Source: an uncultured Pseudomonadota bacterium
GTDB lineage: Bacteria; Myxococcota_A; Polyangia; Fen-1088
Reading direction: 5' to 3'
Length of the DNA: 64,000 bases
Assembly: GCA_963779495.1 (NCBI GenBank)
Contig: CAVZYM010000005.1
Span: forward strand, 1,945,554-2,009,553
The position numbers and the translations under genes were made by a program. Positions 37,441 through 47,674 of the stretch are shown here, piece after piece. The notes under the pieces were generated by a model. It was not told where the DNA came from. It did no database searches and saw nothing but the letters and a program-made list of their open reading frames with translations. How positions within the stretch are numbered: the stretch's first letter is position 1; each line of letters starts with the position of its first letter.

Positions 37441-38062
37441 GGTGCTCCTTTTGCCACGGAGTCATCGATATGCAAGATGGCTCGACGCGATGACCTGCTG
37501 CTGGGGCCCGGAGCGCGACGTGCGCTGCGACGGTGCCGATCCGGTCACGGGGCTTGCGACGCGCCCTCTCGAGAACGACTCGTGAGGGCGCGTCCTGCGT
37601 TCAGACTAACGGGGGCGGGAGTGCGAATTGCGGCCGCCTCTGGGGGCGGACAGGAGCAATCGCATCGCTTTGTTGAACGCTCTCGCGGACTTGATGCCGG
37701 TCTTGGGTACCCATGTTTTGGCCATCGGGAGAGGGTGCGCGTTCTCGGCCCATAACGCTACCTTTACCGCCGGAAAGTTTGCTCCCACCCATGAGGTGGA
37801 ACCGCGCCGGCCCCAGGACGGCGGCCATTTTGCCGGGCCATCTGCGGGAACCTGACCCTGCTGGGGCGCCTGTTGCCGGACGAGTCGACGCTGTTCCGCA
37901 AGAGGTACGGGCGCTTGTGCGGCCCCGGGGCCTGACGGCAGGATTGGCGTACGGACCGCGCATGCGACTCAATTTCGACAGCTGAATGCGAAGCCGATGA
38001 CTGGATGCTCGAAGAGTGATCAACGCCGTGCTCCCATGAGCAGGCACGGGTTCGGTCCAGTC

Positions 38063-38782
38063 ATGAGGCTCCCCGCCTGTGTGGTCATCGCCTTGTTCGC
38101 GGGGGCGTGCCACGGCGAGAGAGGCGCGCCGGTCGCTCGACCCTCCGCGCCGGGCGCGGCGCCCGTCGCCGTCTCGTCGAAACCTGCGGCGCAGGAGCAG
38201 AGCTGCACGGCGCTTCCCGCGGACCACAATGTGCTCTACGAGCGAGGCATTCGACTGATTCGTCCCTATCTGAGGCTCCTCGACCACGCGGGTGCCGGCG
38301 GCGTCACTCGCGAGCAAGACCTCAACGAGGGGATCGCGTGCCTGGACGGGGCATTGAAGCTGTTCCCCTCCAACTGGGCGGCCCTCTGGTTTCGCGGCAA
38401 GGCCTACCAATCGCTCCGCCACCACGATCGGGCTCGCGACTCGTTCCGCTCGGCCTACGAGATCCATCCCCAGAACGTCGATGTTGGTCGCGAGCTCGTC
38501 ATTGAATGCTTGGAGCTGGGGCTGACGAAGGAAGCCGTACGAGTCGCGGAGAAGACCTTGGGGACATCGCCCGATAGTGCTGACCTCCGCGCGAACCTCG
38601 CGCTGGCGCTGCTGCTCGACGGACAGGTCGATCGGGCGAAGAAGGAAGTGAGCGACGCGGCGGCCCAGGACCCAGGCGACCCGATAACACGCGCGCTCCA
38701 GTCCCGCATCGACGCTGTCGTCCGGGGTGTCAGACCGCCGCCCAGATCGCTTGACGACCTCGAACGCGCCGACGGACCCTGA
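38063..38782 (+). CDS. TPR-repeat lipoprotein
   Basis: Lipobox LFAGAC. TPR helices (WFRGKAYQSLRHHDRARDSFRSAYEIHP...). Confidence 0.65.
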   Translation: MRLPACVVIALFAGACHGERGAPVARPSAPGAAPVAVSSKPAAQEQSCTALPADHNVLYERGIRLIRPYLRLLDHAGAGGVTREQDLNEGIACLDGALKLFPSNWAALWFRGKAYQSLRHHDRARDSFRSAYEIHPQNVDVGRELVIECLELGLTKEAVRVAEKTLGTSPDSADLRANLALALLLDGQVDRAKKEVSDAAAQDPGDPITRALQSRIDAVVRGVRPPPRSLDDLERADGP

Positions 38783-38836
38783 TGACGACTTCTCCGAAGC
38801 CGTCGGTCCGGACGGAAAACCTCTGCAATAGGAGCA

Positions 38837-39190
38837 GTGGACGACAACATGACTGTGGAAGCTGAGCAGCGAGCTGTCTGTGAGCGGAACGGAACGGTCT
38901 TTGATCCGCCGTCGACATTCCAGAAGGTAGCCATTGCGCTTTCGACGTTGCAGCTGGAACCGCTCAACGGCCTACGTCATCCGTCCAAGAGCGGGACGTG
39001 TGGCTGGTACATCTGGGGTGGGTCCGAAATGTCACTTGCATCGGACTTCTTCGACGCGCTTCACGTCCACCACCTGACCGAGGACTGCCCAGCCGTGCTT
39101 CCGTACTTGGCGCTTCCTCCCGGCTATCGATTCCTCATCGCGCCGGGTCACGAGGACGTTTGGGAGGACCTGTCTCTCCTTCAGGTCTGA
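38837..39190 (+). CDS. putative immunity protein (Imm33/DUF2185-like)
   Basis: CGWYIWGGSE...DFFDALHVHHL...LPYLALPPGYRFLI...DVWED resembles the family as I remember it. Not verified. Confidence 0.5.
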   Translation: MDDNMTVEAEQRAVCERNGTVFDPPSTFQKVAIALSTLQLEPLNGLRHPSKSGTCGWYIWGGSEMSLASDFFDALHVHHLTEDCPAVLPYLALPPGYRFLIAPGHEDVWEDLSLLQV

Positions 39191-39247
39191 GGACCGCACT
39201 TGTGTGGTCGGGGCGCGCTCCGGCAGTATCGTCATCCAGGCAGGCTG

Positions 39248-39727
39248 ATGGAAAGCACCGACAAGGGTTCGCTAAAACCGGACTACGTCCTCTACGCCAA
39301 GATGTGGCCGCGGATGAAAGCCATCCTCATCGACGGGTTCATACTGGCGGGCGCGTTCTTGGCGACGGCCAGCGTGGGTGCAAACCTGCCGGGCTACGGA
39401 GCGATTGCATTCGTTGTCTGGGTCGCGTTCTGGATTCTCTACGATCCACTGATGGTGTCCCGCACCGGCGGCACCATCGGGCACCACGTGCAGAACCTCC
39501 GCGTCGTGTCTGATCGAACGGGTGGCCACCCGTCGCTGCTGGTCGCCTTCATGAGGAATGTCGTGAAGGGCCTCCTTGGAATTGTGTCGTTCCTCGCGAT
39601 GGCTGGCTCGAGTCGCCAGAAGGCGCTTCACGACTGGATCGCCGGTACCACGGTGCAGGCACGTGACGTACAACTGGCGCCGCTCAGGTACTTCACGAAG
39701 GTGCGGCGACCCGGGGATGCTGGATAG
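39248..39727 (+). CDS. RDD family membrane protein
   Basis: RMKAILIDGFIL...TIGHHVQNLRVV...ALHDWIAGT pattern of RDD proteins. Confidence 0.7.
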   Translation: MESTDKGSLKPDYVLYAKMWPRMKAILIDGFILAGAFLATASVGANLPGYGAIAFVVWVAFWILYDPLMVSRTGGTIGHHVQNLRVVSDRTGGHPSLLVAFMRNVVKGLLGIVSFLAMAGSSRQKALHDWIAGTTVQARDVQLAPLRYFTKVRRPGDAG

Positions 39728-40352
39728 CAAGCCGACATTCGATAAGGCCTTCTGGGAGCAGCTGTGGGCGAAGACGCTGCGCGAGCACGGCGACAAGCTC
39801 GCGCACCGTCCACCAAACGCGCATCTGATGGCCGAGGCGGCCGACCTTCCGCCGGGGCGCGCGCTCGACGCCGGCTGTGGTCATGGCGCGGAGACGCTCT
39901 GGCTCGCCGCGCATGGCTGGCAGGTCACGGCGGTGGACTTCTCTGCGGCGGCGCTGGCTAAAGGGCGGTCGATGGCCGAGGCTGCGGGGGCCGAGATCGC
40001 GCAGCGCATCGACTGGCTCGAGGGTGATCTCGCGACCTGGACGGCGGAGCCGGGCCACTACGATCTCGTTGTGTGCCTGTACGTCCACGTGGCCGGCTCC
40101 GTGGAAGAGATGGTGCGGCGGATGGCCAACGGCGTCGCTCCGGGCGGGACGTTGTTGCTGGTGGGACACCGCCCGATCGACCCCAGCACCGGAGCTGCCA
40201 CGGCCGCGGCAAATCAGGTGCAGGTCTCGGTCGAGGGTGCGGTCGCGGCGCTCGATTCCCGTGCGTGGGAGCTGGTCGTCGCAGAGGAGCGTCCGCGCGC
40301 CGTCGCCGGCACCGGTGTCGATGCCGTGATCCGCGCGCGCCGCCGGACCTGA
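39717..40352 (+). CDS. class I SAM-dependent methyltransferase
   Basis: Motif I ALDAGCGHGAETLWLA and the post-I acidic residue VTAVDFS. Confidence 0.8.
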   Translation: MLDSKPTFDKAFWEQLWAKTLREHGDKLAHRPPNAHLMAEAADLPPGRALDAGCGHGAETLWLAAHGWQVTAVDFSAAALAKGRSMAEAAGAEIAQRIDWLEGDLATWTAEPGHYDLVVCLYVHVAGSVEEMVRRMANGVAPGGTLLLVGHRPIDPSTGAATAAANQVQVSVEGAVAALDSRAWELVVAEERPRAVAGTGVDAVIRARRRT

Positions 40353-40406
40353 GGGCCTCTCGCGCCCGCCGCTGAACGGCAGTATCGTTCGCCGGAGGGG
40401 GGGATC

Positions 40407-40862
40407 ATGGGGACAGGGCGTGAACTGGCAGAGCAGGTCGTGAAGGTCGTCATGGGCGATCGCAGGCCGATACCCCCTGCGACGCACGACCAACTCCTCG
40501 CCGTCGAGGCTCGCCTGGGCATTCGCCTGCCGGACGACATGCGCGACTTCTATCTGGCGGCTGACGGCACCCGCTACAAGACGGACGTGACTCATGGGCT
40601 CGTCCGCTTCTGGAGTCTCGCGGAGTGGACGACGGTCGAGGACGAGGTTCCGAAGACCCTCGACACCCACCTTCACGGTGCGATTGTCGTCGCCGACCAT
40701 CTCGACTGGTGCTGGGGCTACGCCGCCGACTTCAGCAAGTCGCCCGCCACCCTGCCGTTCTTCATTCTCGGGGGCACAGGCACGGCGGCTCCTGTCGCGA
40801 ATACCTTCTCGGAGTTCGTGCGTCTGGTCCTCGGCGACGATCCCCGGATTTACGGCGCGTGA
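40407..40862 (+). CDS. SMI1/KNR4 (SUKH-1) family protein, immunity-type
   Basis: LLAVEARLGIRLPDDMRDFYLAADG...FWSLAEW matches the SUKH N-terminal signature. Confidence 0.75.
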   Translation: MGTGRELAEQVVKVVMGDRRPIPPATHDQLLAVEARLGIRLPDDMRDFYLAADGTRYKTDVTHGLVRFWSLAEWTTVEDEVPKTLDTHLHGAIVVADHLDWCWGYAADFSKSPATLPFFILGGTGTAAPVANTFSEFVRLVLGDDPRIYGA

Positions 40863-40911
40863 CCGGTTATGCCGATGTGTTGTCGATGAGCTGTCAGGGT
40901 GGACCGAACGA

Positions 40912-41121
40912 ATGACTCGACACAAGGTCGCTTTCGCAATCGGGGTGCCGTCAGGTGTGCTCGCGGCCGCGTGGCTTGTCGAGGCCTTCGTCGTGGGGCG
41001 GGGGTTCATATCGACGTATCTCGCTCCGGTCGCGATCGTGGGGATCTTCGTCAGCGCGGTCCTGATGCGGAAGCGGCACTCCGACTCTCCGTCCGGCTCC
41101 GCACCGCGCGTCGAAAAATAG
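40912..41121 (+). CDS. small membrane protein (69 aa)
   Basis: Two hydrophobic spans. Confidence 0.4.
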   Translation: MTRHKVAFAIGVPSGVLAAAWLVEAFVVGRGFISTYLAPVAIVGIFVSAVLMRKRHSDSPSGSAPRVEK

Positions 41122-41182
41122 GTAGAGTCTGGCGATGAGCGTCGCGGTCGCGATGATGATGCGCGACAACGTCTCGCCTTAG

Positions 41183-41602
41183 ATGGAGTCTCAGGGCGTG
41201 TTCGACATTTTCGATATCGTCCTTGGCCAGCTGTCGATTGGCGGTCGGATCGAAATCCGGCAGCGGGAGACGGCATTCGGGCCAGGCGATGAGCGGACCG
41301 TTTGCGTGGACGGCATCGGTATCGCCCACCTGGACCCGGCGTGGCGGTCCGGCAGAACGGTACTTCTGGCGCATACCGCCGCGAACCAGGCTGCCACCGA
41401 CGGTGACGGTTGGAGGAGGTTCCTCGCGGGTCTCGTGGTCATTCTCGAAGGTCACCGGGGATGGCGAGTCGCCTGTGAATCCGACTGCGACCAGTACACC
41501 GTTCGTCGCGTTGTCCTCTCACCCGCCGACCTGGCCAGCCTCCTCGATTCACACCGGGCCACCCGTGATAGCCCCATCGCGCTGGACGTGACGGCGCCGT
41601 GA
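41183..41602 (+). CDS. hypothetical protein (strand uncertain)
   Basis: Fits the co-directional gene spacing and has high GC3. A 134-aa antisense ORF (41051..41455) is a credible alternative. Confidence 0.35.
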   Translation: MESQGVFDIFDIVLGQLSIGGRIEIRQRETAFGPGDERTVCVDGIGIAHLDPAWRSGRTVLLAHTAANQAATDGDGWRRFLAGLVVILEGHRGWRVACESDCDQYTVRRVVLSPADLASLLDSHRATRDSPIALDVTAP

Positions 41603-41625
41603 GTCCCGTGTCGAGTGATTGAGCC

Positions 41626-42288
41626 TCACGCGACCTTGATCGTCAGCCGGTGATCCTTTCCGATCCCCAGGACGATGAAGACGCTCAGGATCGCGGCGAA
41701 GAAGCACCAGACCGAGGCCAGCGCCTGCCGCTGGATCACGAAGGTCGCGACCAGCGCCCCCGCCAGGACGATGCCCATGGTCTTCGCCTTGCTGACCGAG
41801 GAGACGAAGAACGGCACGACCGAGGGGAGGACGTAGGCCGGCAGGTAGAGGGCGAGCACCAGGGCCGGCGCGTGGGTCCCGTAGTTGTAGGCGATGCTGT
41901 GCCCCGCGACCTGCGCGATCGGCCGCCCGCGCAGAAGGTCCATCGCCGCGTAGATCGCGACGGCCGCGCCGCAGCAGGCCAGCACCGCGAGCGCCCGGCG
42001 CCGGCGAGGCTTCCGTTCGGCTTTCAGCAGCGACAGCGGCACCCAGAGGGGCCACACGACCAGCGCGAAGACCAGAAAAACGGCGACGGCCGCCAGGTGC
42101 ATTCGCCGCTCGCTCGGATCTCCGATCGTCAGCCAGACGACCCCCTCGGTGACCTGCTGCGCCGCGAACATCAACGGTATGGCCGCCAGCATCCGGTGCG
42201 ACGGAGGTTTCTTCTGGGCGGCCGCGACCGCACCGATCCCGGCGATCACCGCGGCCACGCCAAAGCTGCCCGTCGCCGAAAAACACAT
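41626..42288 (-). CDS. integral membrane protein
   Basis: Six to seven hydrophobic spans. No family recognised with confidence. Confidence 0.6.
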   Translation of the reverse strand: MCFSATGSFGVAAVIAGIGAVAAAQKKPPSHRMLAAIPLMFAAQQVTEGVVWLTIGDPSERRMHLAAVAVFLVFALVVWPLWVPLSLLKAERKPRRRRALAVLACCGAAVAIYAAMDLLRGRPIAQVAGHSIAYNYGTHAPALVLALYLPAYVLPSVVPFFVSSVSKAKTMGIVLAGALVATFVIQRQALASVWCFFAAILSVFIVLGIGKDHRLTIKVA

Positions 42289-42401
42289 GGGGGAACATAG
42301 ACACGCCCACTCGACCGGGTGGTGGGGAATCAGGGGGAATCAGAGAACCAGGCGCGATTCGGACAACAGCCGCTGAACGCGATACCGTCGGGCAAACCTG
42401 A

Positions 42402-43136
42402 ATGGACGGCGACATGGCCAAAGACTGGATGACCTTCTATTACCTCGACCCTCATCCCGAGCACTTCGTGGAGCAGGTGAGGCAACTGTCTGCGCGTGGG
42501 GATCTGACGTCGGAGAGGTCGTTCATAGCGGTCACCTTTCTGAGCCGCGTTCTCGCCGATAACCCCTCTCAAGCGCGCGTCTGGCTCGAGGCACTGGCCG
42601 ATCTCCCTGCCGACGACCTGCGCGCCGTGGAGACCGCCGTGTGGCTCTCGGGCACGCCTGAAGCGAAAGCCTACCTTGCGGGCCGCGCGTGGACCGACCA
42701 CTTTGCCCGAGTCCCGCCCGACATCCTCGCGATGACGATCGATGACCCCGGCAAGCTCGACGCCCTGTGGGCGTACTACTTCGCGACGGGCAACGTGCAG
42801 GCGGTTCGCAGGATCATCTCCGCGCTCGAGTACATGTCCGACCTCGGGGCCGCCAAGTCCTTTCGCGACTCGCCGCAGTCTGCCGACGACAAGGCGCGCG
42901 CCCTGCGTGACGGGATCTTTCAGGCGGCGTCGTGGTCGCTCGGCACTCTCATGGGTGAGCATCCGACTGTCAGGGCGTTCTGCGGCGACCTGGTTCGTTC
43001 GGGCGAGGTGACCGCAAACGAACGATGCGCGCTCGCCATCATCCTGGCGAAGGACGATCCGAACACCTGGAGCGTGAACATCGATCCGACGAGCGGCAGC
43101 GTGTCCATCGCGTGGGCCGACCCGGCGCCAGCGTAG
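42402..43136 (+). CDS. hypothetical protein
   Basis: 244-aa ORF with balanced helical-type composition. No family recognised. Confidence 0.55.
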   Translation: MDGDMAKDWMTFYYLDPHPEHFVEQVRQLSARGDLTSERSFIAVTFLSRVLADNPSQARVWLEALADLPADDLRAVETAVWLSGTPEAKAYLAGRAWTDHFARVPPDILAMTIDDPGKLDALWAYYFATGNVQAVRRIISALEYMSDLGAAKSFRDSPQSADDKARALRDGIFQAASWSLGTLMGEHPTVRAFCGDLVRSGEVTANERCALAIILAKDDPNTWSVNIDPTSGSVSIAWADPAPA

Positions 43137-43166
43137 GACGGACGATGACAACGATGCGGACCCCAC

Positions 43167-43691
43167 ATGAATAACGCAGCCAACCCAGGCGTCCACGGCT
43201 GCATGACGATGGCTGCCGTCCCGCTCCTCGTGGTCATTGGGTTGTCGGCGTGCGCACCGGCGAAGGACCAGCCTCTCGTGGGACGCTGGGATCGCGCCGT
43301 GTCCTCGAATTGCCACGTCTCGCTCTACCTGGCGAACACCGGACAATGGAGTCGATTCGAGGGATGTCCGATCGATGAACGGGACGGCGGGTGGCACGTG
43401 ACGGCCGGAACGTACGTGGTCATGGACCCGGATCTCTCGATGACCACCCTGCAGGGCAGTTGCACCTCCGACCGCCGCACGACAGACGCCCTGACGTTTT
43501 CGCTGGTGGGAGACGAGCTGACGCTGACCGGTGAGGGTCACGATGAAGTCCTGACCAGGACTGGGGCCGATGAAGACGTCTTTGGTCTGGGGACGATCTA
43601 CGGGTGCTGGGCCGACGATCCCATGGACGATGATCCGATGTTCTTCATTCCGTACCCTATCCAGGACCTCGAACCGCTGGACGGCGGCTAA
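43167..43691 (+). CDS. lipoprotein
   Basis: Lipobox VIGLSAC. The start may be ATG 43203. Confidence 0.55.
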   Translation: MNNAANPGVHGCMTMAAVPLLVVIGLSACAPAKDQPLVGRWDRAVSSNCHVSLYLANTGQWSRFEGCPIDERDGGWHVTAGTYVVMDPDLSMTTLQGSCTSDRRTTDALTFSLVGDELTLTGEGHDEVLTRTGADEDVFGLGTIYGCWADDPMDDDPMFFIPYPIQDLEPLDGG

Positions 43692-43758
43692 CCCGCCGTT
43701 GCAGCGGACGGGGCTTGCGGCCCGCTGCCGAACGTCAGATCCTTGAGGTGGACGCAAG

Positions 43759-44676
43759 GTGGACCAGGGCGGCGCATCGAGGGTGTTCGTGCGATTGAGG
43801 TGGGCGTTGCCGGCGCTCGCGGTCCTCGGTGTGTGTTGTTCGAGTGCGCCCATCGAGCCGGGGCAGGGCGGTCTCCATCCCGAGCTCGACACACTCTCCG
43901 CCGCTGCGTTTCACAACTGCCTGATCCAGAGCGACGGCGCGATACGCTGCTGGACGCTCGGTGAGCTTCGGCCACAAGACGACCATGGGCAGGTCGCCTC
44001 GCCCGGCGGTCACTTCGTCGACGTGGCGGCCGAATGGTCGCACTCATGTGCTGTCGGCACGGCGGGCGCCATTTCATGCTGGGGGCGAAGCGAGACGGAG
44101 TATTTCGGTCAAGCGGATCCTCCGCCGGGTCAGTTCGTAAAGGTGTCAGCGGGAGAGAGCCTGTCCTGCGCGCTCGACGCCGAGGGCGAATTGACGTGCT
44201 GGGGCCTCAACCGAGAGGGGTCGTTTCATCCCCTCGCCGGTAGCTTTGTTCAGATCGCGGCAGACTGGGTAGACGTCTGCGCGCTCGATGCGGACGGTGA
44301 GGTCCACTGCACTGGGCCGCTGGAGCCGCCGCCTGGCCCTTTCGCCCAGGTCACACTCGGCGACGGGTTTGCGTGCGGCCTTCGGTCCAGCGGCTCGGTC
44401 GAATGCTGGGGCCGTTACAACGATTTCGGGCAGCTCGACGTTCCAGACGGGGTCTTCACCCGGATCGACGCGAACGACGCGCACACCTGCGGCCTCGTCG
44501 AGGACGGCACTCTGAAATGCTGGGGCTTCAACGACTACGGCGGCTCGGATCCGCCCAGCGGGCACTTCTCTCGTCTGAGCACCGGCCGCTGGCACGGATG
44601 CGCCGAGAAGGATGAGGGCGGCATCGTCTGCTGGGGTTTTGGCAGCGAGGAGACCGTGCCGGATGATCTGCGATGA
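43759..44676 (+). CDS. RCC1-like repeat (beta-propeller) lipoprotein
   Basis: Six to seven repeats of the ..H.C.L...G...CWG.N..GQ type. Lipobox-like LGVCCSS. Confidence 0.75.
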   Translation: MDQGGASRVFVRLRWALPALAVLGVCCSSAPIEPGQGGLHPELDTLSAAAFHNCLIQSDGAIRCWTLGELRPQDDHGQVASPGGHFVDVAAEWSHSCAVGTAGAISCWGRSETEYFGQADPPPGQFVKVSAGESLSCALDAEGELTCWGLNREGSFHPLAGSFVQIAADWVDVCALDADGEVHCTGPLEPPPGPFAQVTLGDGFACGLRSSGSVECWGRYNDFGQLDVPDGVFTRIDANDAHTCGLVEDGTLKCWGFNDYGGSDPPSGHFSRLSTGRWHGCAEKDEGGIVCWGFGSEETVPDDLR

Positions 44677-45056
44677 GCGAACCCGAAACAGTCTTTTCGG
44701 CGCCGCCCTGGTTTCGCCGGGTGGCGATCCGCCACGTCATGGTCGCTGGCGCGGTGGCTGTTTTTGCCTGGCTTAGCGCGCCGCTGTGGGTCCGATACCT
44801 TCCCGATTCCCTGGTCTATTCCGGAGAGTTCCGGGAGGCCCGCCGGGCAATCGAGAAGATCGAGCGGTTTCGCCGAGCCAGCGGGGTGCTCCCACCAGAT
44901 CTTTGCACGTTCGATCTTCCCTGCGACGAGAGTGCTCCCCTTCAATACAATCCCACGAAGGACGGCTACTCCCTTTCGTTCGGCGCCGGAACCCACGGGT
45001 TCTTTTCGAGTCTCATTTATGAATCCGGGACCCAGCGCTGGCATGTCGGCGATTGA
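44673..45056 (+). CDS. membrane-anchored hypothetical protein
   Basis: ATGA overlap with the RCC1 gene stop. One N-terminal TM segment. Confidence 0.5.
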   Translation: MSEPETVFSAPPWFRRVAIRHVMVAGAVAVFAWLSAPLWVRYLPDSLVYSGEFREARRAIEKIERFRRASGVLPPDLCTFDLPCDESAPLQYNPTKDGYSLSFGAGTHGFFSSLIYESGTQRWHVGD

Positions 45057-45068
45057 CGCCGTCCAGCC

Positions 45069-46101
45069 TTGAACATGGAAGACGGCGCCCTTCACGACGT
45101 ACGCGAACAGTTCCTCGAAGCGCGCTTCGGAGAAGCCCGATCTCGTCCTGCATCCGATCCTCTCGGAGCTTCCACACGTCGACGTGTACGTGTACCAGGG
45201 ACGGGCGACGGGTCGACCTCATGTCACGCTCGTGACGAGCGGACTCAGCGACTATCGCCTGCAGACCGAGTATCCGCCGCCGGAGTGGTTCTGCGAGCGC
45301 GCCGAGCTCATCATGTATCTTCCCGACCTCGGGCTCTCACCTGGCCAGACCGAGTTTCCCTGGCAGGTCGAGTTCCTCCGGAAGGTCTCGCGTGCCCCCG
45401 CCAAGACCGACTTCCGGCCGGCGGCGTTCATGGCGCTGCCGAACGGAATGCCGCCGGAGCCTTTCTCGCAGAGCTCCAACCTCACCCACGCCGCGCTGCT
45501 GCCACCGTGGCACGAGCCCACCGCCCTTCGCGATGGCTTCGACGCACCCGACGGAACGAGCGTGGAGTTTCTCTGGTTGGACTTCATCACGTCCGCCGAG
45601 GCGGAGTATCTCGAGCAGCGTGGTCCGGCGGCATTCCTCGCGTTGCTTCAGTCTCGCGATCACGGTCCTCCCACGCGGCTGTTTCGCGACTGCTACGCGA
45701 GCGACGTCGAAGGGCTCGTCGTTCCCACGAAGTGGGACGACAACCGGGTTCGGCAACTCGAGACCTGCGTCCTCGAGGGTATCGACGGTCCGGCCTACGT
45801 CATCAAGTTGGCGATCGATGTAGAGGATGCCGGAACGGCGGACTCGTTCGTCGCCGGACTCGTGAAGAAGGTCGCGGTTCAACGGATGGGTAGCCCGCCG
45901 GACACCGCCGCGCTGGTCGTGACCATCGTGGGCGACCTGAGCGCCCACGCCTTCGCCGAGCTCTGGCGGAAGCACCTCGCGACCAGCCCTCCCATGACGT
46001 TCTTCATGTCGAGGATGGCGCACGCCGAGGTCATTCAAGGGACACGGACAGGCGAAAAGCTGGATGAGTGCTCCCTTGTGGAGGCGAGCGCCCGTCAATG
46101 A
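45069..46101 (+). pseudogene. Suppressor-of-fused (SUFU)-like domain protein, frameshifted near 45128-45137 (or sequencing indel)
   Basis: Frame A reads MEDGALHDVREQFLEARFGE. The +1 frame continues KPDLVLHPILSELPHVDVYVYQ...HVTLVTSGLSDYRL...AELIMYLP...VEFLWLDFITSAEAEYL, the typical bacterial SUFU pattern. Confidence 0.65.
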
Positions 46102-46700
46102 CTCATCGGCCGCGTTCGGCGTCGGCTATCTGCTGCGTTGTTGCGGTGCTTGTCAGCACCGGACCACTGAACGCGTCCCCAGACGATGGCCTTTACCGCG
46201 AGAGCCTTCCCCAGGCTGGCTCAATCACCGACGGGACCTCGGCACTCGCGTTCGGCGATTCCCGAGACTTTACCGTGCACGCGCCGGCAGGCTGGGTCCT
46301 CGATCAGAAGAGCGGGGGCAGCCAGAAGCTCCGGGCGGTGTTCTATCCGACGGGCGGGAGCTGGGCGAAGTCCGAGGCGGTCATGTACGTGAAGACCGTC
46401 GCCCGCTGCAACAACGAATCCCTTGGCTCGTACATCAAACGTGAGACGAAGAACTTCGTCGGTAATTCAGGCGCCAAAGTCTCGCCGAGAGCAGCCATCA
46501 ACACCGGCGGGGGCAAGCCAGCACAGGTGCGGTACGTTTCGGGCGGTGGCGGCAACTTCGAATCGACGGCATATGTGCAGGAGCCTTCCGCCTTCATCAT
46601 CATGGTCCTGTCGGCGCAGACGGTGAAAGCTCACGAGACGTCACGAGCGGCCTTCGTCGAGCTGGTCCGGAGCTACCAGGCCAAGGACCGGGCCCTGTGA
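46098..46700 (+). CDS. secreted hypothetical protein
   Basis: ATGA overlap with the SUFU-like stop. Has a signal peptide. Confidence 0.55.
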   Translation: MTHRPRSASAICCVVAVLVSTGPLNASPDDGLYRESLPQAGSITDGTSALAFGDSRDFTVHAPAGWVLDQKSGGSQKLRAVFYPTGGSWAKSEAVMYVKTVARCNNESLGSYIKRETKNFVGNSGAKVSPRAAINTGGGKPAQVRYVSGGGGNFESTAYVQEPSAFIIMVLSAQTVKAHETSRAAFVELVRSYQAKDRAL

Positions 46701-47185
46701 GCGCTGACGTGCGCGTCATCGCGGCCGATCTCGAGAACCCGGACCATGCCCGGGCGATCGTCGACCTGACGGCCGCGTATGCGGAGGACGTCATGGGGAA
46801 TGGCGGTCCGCTCCGGGCGGGCGTTCTCGAGCGGCTGGTGCCGGCGCTCAGGGAGCACCCGACGACGATCGTCTTCCTGGCGTATCTGGACGCCGAGCCG
46901 GTGGGGATCGCGACCTGCTTTCTCGGGTTCTCGACGTTTGCCGCGCGACCGCTGATCAACATTCACGATCTCGCCGTGCTTCCCGGGCACCGCGGGCAGG
47001 GAATCGGTCGGGCGTTGCTGGCGGCGGTCGAAACGCATGCCCGCCAGCGCGGGTGCGTGAAGGTCACCCTCGAGACTCAGGAGAAGAACCACCGCGCGCG
47101 TCGCGTGTATGAACGCGCGGGATTCACGAACGTGGTGTACGGCGAAGCCACGGGCGGCTCGCTGTTCTATGCCAAGGCCCTGTGA
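46697..47185 (+). CDS. GNAT family N-acetyltransferase
   Basis: LAVLPGHRGQGIGRALL acetyl-CoA-binding motif ... RRVYERAGF. Confidence 0.8.
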   Translation: MSADVRVIAADLENPDHARAIVDLTAAYAEDVMGNGGPLRAGVLERLVPALREHPTTIVFLAYLDAEPVGIATCFLGFSTFAARPLINIHDLAVLPGHRGQGIGRALLAAVETHARQRGCVKVTLETQEKNHRARRVYERAGFTNVVYGEATGGSLFYAKAL

Positions 47186-47670
47186 TGGCGGGCGGGTGCT
47201 TCTTGGTTGTCGTGGGTGGGATTCTCGGGGCGCTCTGCGGCGCCTTCGGCTCCGTGCCGGCGATGCTGCTGGTCGGTGGAGGACACTCGCACAACGACAT
47301 GTTCCTGCCCCCCATGGCAGGGATCGTCGGCCTGGTGGTCGGCGCCTTCTTGGGGCCCCGCGTGATCGGCACGCTGCTGGCGATACGGGAGGGTCGACGC
47401 GCTGATCGGGCGAACGGGTTCGAGTCGCCGAGCCTTCTTCCGTTTGCGTCTCTTCTCTTCGGGGCCTTCGTCGCGTGCTTCGCCGCGTTCGCTGCCTTCT
47501 ATTACTCGACCTCCATCGCCGAACTGCCGGCCGACGCGGGAGGCCCTGTCTGGAACCCCCATCCCGTATGGCGGGCGAGAGCCACCCTTTTTCTGGCGAT
47601 CACGCTCGTTGCCGGTTCCGGGCTCCTGCTCTCGCGTGCGTTGAAGGCGGCTTCGGAGCGTCGGAGCTGA
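47182..47670 (+). CDS. membrane protein
   Basis: Four hydrophobic Gly-rich spans. Overlaps the GNAT stop. Confidence 0.5.
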   Translation: MMAGGCFLVVVGGILGALCGAFGSVPAMLLVGGGHSHNDMFLPPMAGIVGLVVGAFLGPRVIGTLLAIREGRRADRANGFESPSLLPFASLLFGAFVACFAAFAAFYYSTSIAELPADAGGPVWNPHPVWRARATLFLAITLVAGSGLLLSRALKAASERRS

Positions 47671-47674
47671 GCGA

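Noticed and set aside
41051-41455. 134-aa minus-strand ORF as the real gene instead of 41183..41602(+)
   Set aside because: It would run antisense into the 3' end of 40912..41121 and break the co-directional packing. GC3 is similar on both strands, so the plus call is kept only at low confidence.
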